Assembly (NCBI GenBank): GCA_016927185.1
Contig: JAFGND010000034.1
Location: 1 to 64,000, forward strand
From: Candidatus Coatesbacteria bacterium
GTDB lineage: Bacteria; JAFGND01
Direction: 5' to 3'
DNA length: 64,000 bases
Shown here: positions 1 through 8,742 of the stretch, one piece after another
Layout of the letters: every line of letters begins with the position of its first letter
How positions within the stretch are numbered: the first letter of the stretch is position 1
The notes under the pieces: model-generated
What the model was told of the DNA's origin: nothing
What the model saw: only the letters and a program-made list of their open reading frames with translations
Database searches by the model: none
Translations under genes and position numbers: made by a program

Positions 1-135
1 AGTAAATTCCATTTTTATAGAAGATAATTATATCATTCCCGAGTAATTCCCATAATGCTCTGCATAATCTAAATTCTTGACAAAAACCTTGCAAGTATAG
101 CTTTGAAATCTTTAATAAATAAAGGAGGCAAAACA

Positions 136-1368
136 ATGTGGTTACTCAGAAATATCATCTGTTTTCTTGTTCTTTTTTCTCTCAGTTGTGGACATAAAAC
201 AGAAGTAGGACATGGTGATAAAACCGGTGAAAAAATAAAGATAGGAGTGGAAGGTCCCCTGACTGGTGAATATGCTCTTGAAGGGCAAGGCTTCAAGAAA
301 GCTATTGAACTTCTTGCAGAACAGCTGAATGCTGAAGGTGGAATTCTGGGGAAAAAAGTAGAAATAATAATTCAGGATGACAGAGGTGATCCGCAAGAAG
401 CTTCAAATGCTGCTGCCAAGCTTGTGGATCAGAAAGTAATAGCTGTAATAGGTTCATATAATTCAGGTGCGTCTGAACCTGCATCAAAAGTATATAATGA
501 ACATAATATTCTGCATATTATTCCTTCATCTACTGCCACAAGAATAACAACAAAAGGATATAAGAAGTTATTCAGGGTTTGTTTTCTTGATGACAGACAA
601 GGTTCATATATTGCCAATTTTACAGCTACCAGGCTTTCCGCAAGAAATATAGCAATAATTCATGATAATAGTACATATGCAAAAGGATTAGCTGACTGGA
701 CAAAAAAATATCTGGAAGAATTGAAGGCAGAAATTGTTTTTTTTGATGCAATTGATCCAAAAGGTCAGGATTTCAAACCTTTACTTACCAAAATGAAAGA
801 GAAGAAACCGGATGCTATAATCTTTACAGGTTATTATGGTCAAGCTGGCCTTCTAGTCAAGCAAACAAGAGATCTTGGGATAAAGGCACCATTCATTTCA
901 GGTAATGCAGTTAATAATCCTGAGTATGTAAAGATTGCAGGACTTGAATCTGCAAAAGGTTCATTCATTATAACTGAACCTCTTCCCCAGGATCTTGATA
1001 ATCCTGGAGCTAAAAAACTTGTTACTGATTTCAAGGCAAAATATGGTCATGAACCTCAATCTGTATGGACAATGATGGCAGCAGATGCTTTTAATATATT
1101 GATAAAAGCAATCAAGGAAACAAAATCGACTGATCCTTCTATTCTTGCTGATTATCTTCATAAACTGAAAGACTATCAAGGAGTAACTGGAACTATTCAG
1201 GGTTTTGATGAGAAGGGAGACAGATTAGGTTCTGTTCATGTTGCATATATAGTTGATGAAACAGGAAAATTTTTGCTGTATAAGGAAAAGAAAGATACAG
1301 ATGACAAAAAAGAGGTAACTGTTGAAGTCAAGACAAAAGAACCTGATGTAAATCCAGCCAAAAAATAG
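136..1368 (+). CDS. livK: Branched-chain amino acid ABC transporter substrate-binding lipoprotein (LivK/LivJ family)
   Basis: KIGVEGPLTG..G and DDRGDP..A motifs of the Leu/Ile/Val-binding family; lipobox-like LSC; ATG136 follows GGAGG (track start 103 is TTG); heads a livHMGF operon. Confidence 0.9.
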   Translation: MWLLRNIICFLVLFSLSCGHKTEVGHGDKTGEKIKIGVEGPLTGEYALEGQGFKKAIELLAEQLNAEGGILGKKVEIIIQDDRGDPQEASNAAAKLVDQKVIAVIGSYNSGASEPASKVYNEHNILHIIPSSTATRITTKGYKKLFRVCFLDDRQGSYIANFTATRLSARNIAIIHDNSTYAKGLADWTKKYLEELKAEIVFFDAIDPKGQDFKPLLTKMKEKKPDAIIFTGYYGQAGLLVKQTRDLGIKAPFISGNAVNNPEYVKIAGLESAKGSFIITEPLPQDLDNPGAKKLVTDFKAKYGHEPQSVWTMMAADAFNILIKAIKETKSTDPSILADYLHKLKDYQGVTGTIQGFDEKGDRLGSVHVAYIVDETGKFLLYKEKKDTDDKKEVTVEVKTKEPDVNPAKK

Positions 1369-1371
1369 GTT

Positions 1372-2277
1372 ATGGAGCTATTTGCTCAACAAATTTTAAA
1401 TGGATTGACTATCGGGGCATTTTATGCCCTGATAGCTTTGGGTTATACCATGGTTTATGGAATTCTCAAGCAAATCAATTTCGCTCATGGTGATCTTTTC
1501 ATGTTTGGTGCTTATCTTGGTATGACATTTCTCAATATGCTAATTGGAGCAGGTTTGGTCTCTCCATGGCTTATAATACCTGTTTGTCTTGCATCCATGT
1601 TGCTTGTTTCTGCTCTTGGCTTGCTGCTAGAAAGAGCAGCCTACAGACCTCTTCGAAATGCAGGAAGGCTCCCTCCAATTGTATCAACATTAGGTGCTGC
1701 AATAATACTTCAGAATGCAGTTATGCTGCTTTATGAACCACGATTCAGATGGTATCCTGAAAAAATCTCACTTCCTGCATGGTCCCTTAAAATATACAGC
1801 ATTCAAATCACTTTTACTCAATTGCTGTTGCTTTTCCTCTCTTTTACTTTTATGACTTTCTTATATTTATTCATAATGAAGACAAAATGGGGTATAGCCA
1901 TGAGAGCAGTTTCTCTTGATATAAATACTGCAAAACTGATGGGAATAAATGTTAACAAGGCTATTGAAATAACATTCATAATAGGACCTGCCCTGGGTGC
2001 AGCTGGAGGCATAATGGTAGGTCTTTATTACAGACAACTTATTTTCACGATGGGCTGGAATTATGGCCTGAAAGCATTCACAGCTGCTATCCTCGGAGGT
2101 ATCGGTAATGTTCCTGGAGCAGTACTTGGAGGCATTGTACTTGGATTGCTGGAGTCTTTATCGGCAGGTTATATTGCTTCATGCTGGAAAGATGCAATTG
2201 CTTTTTTTGTTCTGATAATAATACTATTAATAAGACCTCAAGGCATACTTGGAGAGAAAATTGCAGAAAAAATATAG
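1372..2277 (+). CDS. livH: Branched-chain amino acid ABC transporter permease LivH
   Basis: QQILNGLTIGAFYALIALGYTMVYG, INFAHGD, GLKAFTAAILGGIG, RPQG motifs. Confidence 0.95.
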   Translation: MELFAQQILNGLTIGAFYALIALGYTMVYGILKQINFAHGDLFMFGAYLGMTFLNMLIGAGLVSPWLIIPVCLASMLLVSALGLLLERAAYRPLRNAGRLPPIVSTLGAAIILQNAVMLLYEPRFRWYPEKISLPAWSLKIYSIQITFTQLLLLFLSFTFMTFLYLFIMKTKWGIAMRAVSLDINTAKLMGINVNKAIEITFIIGPALGAAGGIMVGLYYRQLIFTMGWNYGLKAFTAAILGGIGNVPGAVLGGIVLGLLESLSAGYIASCWKDAIAFFVLIIILLIRPQGILGEKIAEKI

Positions 2278-3385
2278 TATTCTCAAGAGTAAACTTGCAA
2301 TAGCTTATTTACTGACATTTATTTTATTCTTGCTGCTTCCAATAGTTCTTGATTACTCCAATAATCCATACTGGATAAGCATAGGAGTCAATTACTTGAT
2401 CTGGATAATACTTGGTCTTGCAATGAACATCGCACTTGGTTATGCAGGGCTTTTTCAACTAGGTCAAGCAGGTTTTTACGCAGTTGGTGCTTATGTTGTT
2501 GCAATACTGAATGTCAAAATTTTCACATTCGTCATATACGGAATTACTTTCAAGATAGGAGGATACTCATTTTTCCCATCATTGCTTATTGCCCTTGTTA
2601 TCTCCTGTATAGTTGGTTATTTATTCAGCAGACCTATCTTGAGGCTTAGGGGAGATTATCTCTGCATTGCAACAATAGGTCTAGGGGAAATAATAAGATA
2701 CATTCTTACCAATGATTTAATAAATGCACCTCCAGGGGATTATGCACCTCCAATGAAGATACTTGGTACAGGAAAATCCTTATTAATAATACTTGATAAT
2801 CCTGTAGGTGGACTTACGGGAGGACCAAATGGTATTAGCGGTATAGCAAGACCTGAGATTTTAGGATTTACATTTGATACGCCATTTAAATATTATTATC
2901 TTGTAATGTTTTTCGTATTGCTGGTTTTGTTTGTTATGAAAAGACTCGAAAACAGCAGATTAGGGAGAGCATGGACTTATATCAGGGAAGATGAAACAGC
3001 AGCTCAGTCTATGGGAGTTGATATTGTACATTATAAGCTGCTTGCTTTCATAATCTCAGCTGGGATTGCCGGAATTGCAGGGGGTCTTTACGCAGGTAGA
3101 TATACCGTAATAAGTCCAGCACCTGATGTTTTCGGTTTCGGAGCTTCTGTTCTCATGTTTTGCATAGTAGTTTTAGGGGGTATTGGATCTATCCCCGGAG
3201 TATTAGTAGGGAGTCTGGGATTAGTCCTGTTACCTGAGATCTTCAGGTCATTCCCGGAAGCAAGATACCTTTTTGTTGGAATTGCAATGCTTCTTATGAT
3301 GATTTTCAGACCACATGGATTAATCCCTGGCAATATGCTTTCTTTTAACAAGAAATACTGTGATGCATGCTCAAGCAATACTTAA
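2249..3385 (+). CDS. livM: Branched-chain amino acid ABC transporter permease LivM
   Basis: LRLRGDYLCIATIGLGEI, TGGPNGI, SRLGRAW..IREDE.AA, RPHGL motifs; exact start uncertain. Confidence 0.93.
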   Translation: MERKLQKKYSILKSKLAIAYLLTFILFLLLPIVLDYSNNPYWISIGVNYLIWIILGLAMNIALGYAGLFQLGQAGFYAVGAYVVAILNVKIFTFVIYGITFKIGGYSFFPSLLIALVISCIVGYLFSRPILRLRGDYLCIATIGLGEIIRYILTNDLINAPPGDYAPPMKILGTGKSLLIILDNPVGGLTGGPNGISGIARPEILGFTFDTPFKYYYLVMFFVLLVLFVMKRLENSRLGRAWTYIREDETAAQSMGVDIVHYKLLAFIISAGIAGIAGGLYAGRYTVISPAPDVFGFGASVLMFCIVVLGGIGSIPGVLVGSLGLVLLPEIFRSFPEARYLFVGIAMLLMMIFRPHGLIPGNMLSFNKKYCDACSSNT

Positions 3386-4133
3386 TATTAAAAACCTGAC
3401 TAAATCTTTCGGTGGAGTAAAAGCCGTTGATAATATTATTATGTCAATTCATGAGAATGAAATGGCTGGGTTGATTGGACCTAATGGTGCAGGCAAAACA
3501 ACTATATTCAATCTGATAACAGGTATTTATGTGCCTGATAATGGAAGGATTTTCCTTGAAGACAGGGATATAACTGGTGTCAAACCCCATAAAATTACTG
3601 GCTTAGGCATATCCAGGACATTTCAAACCATAAGACTATTCAAGAATCTTACAGCTTTAGAGAATGTAATGTCAGGTGCTCACAATTACTCATATTCAGG
3701 TTTGATTACATCAATTTTGAGGACCAGAAATCAAAAAAAAGAAGAGAAAATGATACTGAATGAAGCATACAAATGGCTTGATTTCATGAACTTAGCAGAC
3801 AAGAGTAATGAACTGGCAAAAAATCTCCCATATGGAATACAGAGAAAACTTGAAATAGCTAGAGCTCTTGCTGCAAGACCAAAATTGCTAATACTGGATG
3901 AACCTGCTGCTGGACTTAATGAAACAGAATCCAATGAAATAATAAAGGTTTTCCATAAAATAAGGGAAAAAGGGATTACTATCTTGTTGATAGAACATGA
4001 CATGAAAGTAGTCATGGGAAGCTGCAGCAGGATTTTTGTACTGGACTTCGGAAGTCTGATAGCTGAAGGCACACCAGAGGAAATACAGAAAAACGATAAA
4101 GTAATAGAAGCATACCTTGGACAGGAAATCTAA
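3360..4133 (+). CDS. livG: Branched-chain amino acid ABC transporter ATP-binding protein LivG
   Basis: Walker A GPNGAGKTT, LPYG signature, LDEPAAGLN, IEHDM, C-terminal VIEAYLG. Confidence 0.95.
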   Translation: MMHAQAILNIKNLTKSFGGVKAVDNIIMSIHENEMAGLIGPNGAGKTTIFNLITGIYVPDNGRIFLEDRDITGVKPHKITGLGISRTFQTIRLFKNLTALENVMSGAHNYSYSGLITSILRTRNQKKEEKMILNEAYKWLDFMNLADKSNELAKNLPYGIQRKLEIARALAARPKLLILDEPAAGLNETESNEIIKVFHKIREKGITILLIEHDMKVVMGSCSRIFVLDFGSLIAEGTPEEIQKNDKVIEAYLGQEI

Positions 4134-4850
4134 ATGAAACTACTTGAAGTAGAGAATCTTGAAACCTGTTATGGCAATCTGAAAGTATTGAAAGGGATTA
4201 CTTTTTCAATAGAAAAAGGTCAGATTGCTGCTCTACTTGGAGCAAATGGTGCCGGTAAGTCTACAACACTTAAAACAATTTCAGGATTGCTTAAACCACT
4301 GAATGGTTCCATAATGCTTGAGAATGAAGATATTGCAAGGCTGGAAACCCATAAAATAATTGGACTTGGAATAACCCATGTCCCTGAAGGCAGGTTTATA
4401 TTTTCCACGCTTTCTGTGGATGAAAACCTTGAAATTGGAGCTCATATTATAAATGACAAAAAAAGAGTTCTTGAAATAAAAGAAGAAGTTTATAATATGT
4501 TTCCAAGACTAAGAGAAAGATATAAGCAATTAGGGGGAACCCTCTCTGGAGGAGAACAGCAAATGCTGGCTATTGGAAGAGGATTAATGGCAAATCCCAA
4601 GATCCTTCTGCTAGATGAACCAAGTCTGGGACTTTCACCAAAACTCTTCATGATGATAATGGATAAGATAGTAGAAATAAGAGATAAGGGAGTTACAATT
4701 CTTATTGTAGAGCAGAATGCGAAAGCTGCCTTAAAAATCTCTGATAAAGGTTTCATAATGGAGACAGGCAGGATAGTTAAAAGCGGAACTGCAAATGAAT
4801 TGTTGAATGATCCTGTCATCCAGCAAGCTTATCTTGGAAAAAAGACTTAG
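4134..4850 (+). CDS. livF: Branched-chain amino acid ABC transporter ATP-binding protein LivF
   Basis: GANGAGKST, LSGGEQQMLAIGR, LDEPSLGL, VEQNA, AYLG. Confidence 0.95.
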   Translation: MKLLEVENLETCYGNLKVLKGITFSIEKGQIAALLGANGAGKSTTLKTISGLLKPLNGSIMLENEDIARLETHKIIGLGITHVPEGRFIFSTLSVDENLEIGAHIINDKKRVLEIKEEVYNMFPRLRERYKQLGGTLSGGEQQMLAIGRGLMANPKILLLDEPSLGLSPKLFMMIMDKIVEIRDKGVTILIVEQNAKAALKISDKGFIMETGRIVKSGTANELLNDPVIQQAYLGKKT

Positions 4851-4886
4851 TCATTTTTGAGTTTATTATTATGAAGGGAGTTAAAA

Positions 4887-7800
4887 ATAGGATACTTTAT
4901 CCCTAGTTTTATAAGAGATAAGTATATAATCAAAGAGTTTTCTGGAACATTCCATTCAGTAGTATTATTTTGTGATATTGTTGGTTTTACATCATTTACG
5001 GAAAATCTGCTTAAATATGGAAAAGAGGGAAGCGAGACTTTATCATTCTACTTGCAGACAATTTTCAATCCATTGATTGAGATAATCTACGAAAACGGTG
5101 GATTTATTGGAAGTTTTGGAGGTGATTCCTTCACAGCATTCTTCCCTGTTGATTCATCAGGATTAAAAGAGGAAGTTTATCAAAATGCACTTTACGCTAT
5201 GAATGATATAAAGTTATTTACCAAGGCAAATAATGAAATAAAAACAAATCTAGGCAGCTTTAACCTGAAAATAAAAATAGGTATCTCTGAGGGGATCATT
5301 GACTGGGGAATAGTAGGAAGTGAGCATAAAAAAGGCTATTATTTCAGGAGTGATGCAATATCAAGGGCATCAGACAAAGCTTCATTTCACGATGATGAAG
5401 ATTTATCAATAAAGGGAATTGATACAACCAAGAGAAAGAAGGAATTACTTCAATCAAGCAACTATATAATTCCTGATGATATATTAAGGGAATTTCTCCC
5501 TGAAAGCATTACTGCAATAAAAGAAGGAGAATTCAGGCATGTAATATCAATTTTTATATTATTCCAGTCAGAACTTGATTACTATACAATAGATCAATTA
5601 TATGAAATCACAAGCAGATTGTGCAATGATTATGAAGGTTTTCTGAATAAGGTAGATTTCGCAGACAAGGGAGCCAAGTTTGTTATATTTTTTGGTTTTC
5701 CAGTTGCACATGAAGATGATAACAGGAGAGCATTATCTTTCATCTCTGAATGGCAGGATCTCTTGATGGAAAAAGGGATAAATATAAGTTATAAAATAGG
5801 AATAGCACAGGGATTTGCATATGCTGGAATTACCGGAGGAATGCTAAGAGCTGAATATACATGCCTGGGTGATGTTGTAAATCTTTCAGCGAGACTTGCT
5901 TCTGAGTGTGATGAATACAAGGTTTTCTGTAGCAAGAGCGTTGCCCTGGAAGCAAAATCATATGCTCACATACCTCTATGCCTGTACAAGGAATTCAAGG
6001 GCAAGAAGGGAAAACTGCCTGTCCATCTTTTCATCTCGCTTAAACAGACATCTATTCAGAAACCCTTTTCAATGCCGCTTCTTGGAAGAGACAAGGAAAT
6101 GGAAAAAGCGAAGCAGATTATAAATGAAACAATACTTAGAAGGAAATTTGGAGGTTTGTTATATATATACGGTAATGCTGGAATAGGAAAAAGCAGATTT
6201 GTTTTTGCCATTCATGAATGGTTAGAAAATCAATCAATTGAACACAATTGGGTTTATCTTCCATGTGATGGAATTGTATCAAGACCATGGAATGGAATAA
6301 ACCAGTTCCTGAGTAATTACTTCGAAATAAGTAATCAGTCAGAGGAAAATGACTTAAGAAACTTCTTGAGAAAAATGAATGAACTAACCTCAAGCAAGAA
6401 AATACGAGATTATACTAAGAATGAGCTTTTGAGGGTATCCCCACTACTGGCAAGAGAACTTGGTTTGAATTATAATTCCTCATTTTACAAAAACATGGAT
6501 GCAAAACTTCAGATGGAAAACCTGAAATCAGGTTTGAAGGAATTATTCAAGGCATTATCTGAACTAAAACCGACAATAATAGAAATAGATGATGGTCAAT
6601 GGCTTGATTCTTCTACAGAAGAGATGTTAATGACTCTAACCAGGAATGTATCTGATTTTCCATTCATTATCTTGATTTCATGCAGAAATAATGATGATGG
6701 CAGCAAAATCAAATATACTGTTCCTGATGAATGCAATGTAAATGAAATAGATCTTTTGCCTCTTGAAACCGATTATAATGAGCAATTCTCCATGCATATT
6801 TTAGGAGAAGGTCATTTGAGCAGGGGAATAAAGAAACTCCTTGAAGAAAAAGCATCTGGTATTCCATTTTATATTGAGCAATGGCTGAATCATATGAAAT
6901 ATACCGACGCAGTAAAACTGATTAATGGAGAATGGGTACTATCAGAAAATGAATTCACGCTTCCAGAAAACATTGAAAGGATTCTTATTGCAAAGATTGA
7001 CTCTCTCGGTATTGATGTTAAGGAAATACTACAATATGCAAGTATACTGGGGGTGAGATTTGCCTATGGAATATTAAGCAAGATGCTGAAGAAACAATAT
7101 CCCCTGGAATCATATTTAAATAAAGCAGAGAAAGCTCAGCTAATATTTCATGAAGGTAATCTTTCCATGTTTGATACTGTAAGCAGATTTTCTGACCTTT
7201 TTTATCTTTTCACACATACAATAATAAGAGACGTTGCATATGAAATGCAGGTGAAGGAAAGACGTAAAAAACTGCATTCAATTGCACTTGAGAATATAGA
7301 AAAATACTGCTCAAGCAAGATAGAAGAATGGTATGAAGATATTTGCATTCATGCAGAAAAGGGTGATATAAGAGATAAGTTGTTATACTATCTGGAAAAA
7401 TCTGCTGATCATGACAAAGAAAATATAAGATATCTAAATGCCCTGGAGAAGTACAACAAACTTAATGAAATATTGACAGATAAAAAGAAGAAGATCAGCA
7501 TAAATTTCAAGCAAGTTGAAATCTGTATTGAAATTGCAAAATATACTGAAGGACTTCAGATTCTTGAAAAACTGGAGAGCCATCTTACAAAAACACCTTC
7601 TTCCAAAATACTCCTGGCAAGAGTTTACAATGACAAAGCTCTTATATATAGAGAAACAGGGAATTATTCGGAGACAATAGACTATAATATGAAAGCCCTT
7701 GATTTACTGATAAATCTCAAGGATAAAGCTAATATAGAATTGTCAAATACTTATAATAATCTTGGTTCAGTTTACTGGGCACAGGAAAGTTATCTTCAAT

Positions 7801-8555
7801 CAATAGATTATTATGAAAAAGCATTGGCATTAAGACAGAAGGAATTTGGTGAACTTAATATAAATGTAGCTGAAATTTATAATAACATGGGAGTTGTATA
7901 TTATGAAAAGGGCGATTCTTCTTCTGCATTGAAATATTTTGAAAATGCAAGAAATATAGTATATGAACTGTATGGAGAAGAACATCCCAATCTAGCATTC
8001 TGTTATAACAATATTGGCAAGGTATATTGCTTGCTTGAAGATTATGAAAAAGCCGGATTATATTTCAACAAATCTTTAAATTTGAGGATTCGTTTTCTTG
8101 GATCTGAACATCCATATATTGCATTTGATTACGATAATCTTGGTCGTCTTTATAAAGAGCAGGGAGCATATGAAAAAGCAATCGAATGCAGAAAAAAAGC
8201 ACTGGAAATGAGGTTAGCTTTTTCAGGAATTTCTCATCCATTCGTTGCAGCATCGTATATAGGGCTTGGAGAAATTTACAAGATTCTTAAAGATTATGAT
8301 AATGCTATAGAGAATCTACTTAGGGCAGTTGATAGCCTGTTGATGAATTATAATGAATTGCATTCCAAAATGCTTGTACCATTTATCTTGCTTGCAGAGA
8401 CATATATTGAAATTAATTATCCGAATAAAGCCAGGGAATACTATGAAAAGGTTCTTTTAATTAATGCTGAAAAAGATGGAAAAGACAGCAAATCAGTTAA
8501 GGAAATCCAGGAGAAAATAAGAGAAATAGAAAGAAAAGAAAGAAAAAGACATTAA
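4887..8555 (+). CDS. Tandem class III adenylate/guanylate cyclase - STAND-type AAA ATPase - TPR protein
   Basis: The frame of ORF 5052..8555 stays open back to 4875 and encodes LFCDIVGFTSFTE upstream of the track start; FGGD; second cyclase domain with DKG and GDVVNLSARL; Walker A GNAGIGKS, Walker B IIEIDD; C-terminal TPRs (YNNLG..Y...G.Y..A). The 4887 start (ATA after AAGGGAG) is tentative. Confidence 0.85.
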   Translation: MGYFIPSFIRDKYIIKEFSGTFHSVVLFCDIVGFTSFTENLLKYGKEGSETLSFYLQTIFNPLIEIIYENGGFIGSFGGDSFTAFFPVDSSGLKEEVYQNALYAMNDIKLFTKANNEIKTNLGSFNLKIKIGISEGIIDWGIVGSEHKKGYYFRSDAISRASDKASFHDDEDLSIKGIDTTKRKKELLQSSNYIIPDDILREFLPESITAIKEGEFRHVISIFILFQSELDYYTIDQLYEITSRLCNDYEGFLNKVDFADKGAKFVIFFGFPVAHEDDNRRALSFISEWQDLLMEKGINISYKIGIAQGFAYAGITGGMLRAEYTCLGDVVNLSARLASECDEYKVFCSKSVALEAKSYAHIPLCLYKEFKGKKGKLPVHLFISLKQTSIQKPFSMPLLGRDKEMEKAKQIINETILRRKFGGLLYIYGNAGIGKSRFVFAIHEWLENQSIEHNWVYLPCDGIVSRPWNGINQFLSNYFEISNQSEENDLRNFLRKMNELTSSKKIRDYTKNELLRVSPLLARELGLNYNSSFYKNMDAKLQMENLKSGLKELFKALSELKPTIIEIDDGQWLDSSTEEMLMTLTRNVSDFPFIILISCRNNDDGSKIKYTVPDECNVNEIDLLPLETDYNEQFSMHILGEGHLSRGIKKLLEEKASGIPFYIEQWLNHMKYTDAVKLINGEWVLSENEFTLPENIERILIAKIDSLGIDVKEILQYASILGVRFAYGILSKMLKKQYPLESYLNKAEKAQLIFHEGNLSMFDTVSRFSDLFYLFTHTIIRDVAYEMQVKERRKKLHSIALENIEKYCSSKIEEWYEDICIHAEKGDIRDKLLYYLEKSADHDKENIRYLNALEKYNKLNEILTDKKKKISINFKQVEICIEIAKYTEGLQILEKLESHLTKTPSSKILLARVYNDKALIYRETGNYSETIDYNMKALDLLINLKDKANIELSNTYNNLGSVYWAQESYLQSIDYYEKALALRQKEFGELNINVAEIYNNMGVVYYEKGDSSSALKYFENARNIVYELYGEEHPNLAFCYNNIGKVYCLLEDYEKAGLYFNKSLNLRIRFLGSEHPYIAFDYDNLGRLYKEQGAYEKAIECRKKALEMRLAFSGISHPFVAASYIGLGEIYKILKDYDNAIENLLRAVDSLLMNYNELHSKMLVPFILLAETYIEINYPNKAREYYEKVLLINAEKDGKDSKSVKEIQEKIREIERKERKRH

Positions 8556-8742
8556 AAATTCCTGCCACATTCATGATTTAATAATAGAGGAATTCAATAT
8601 TCTTAATATTGATCAATAGTTTATGAAATCTGCAATACTTGCTGATAAATACTTGTTATTACGTAATAAATCAGTTTTTTCTTTTGACATAAACTAATAA
8701 TATATGGATTAGACTACTTTGTTTAATTGAAATGAGGTTAGA

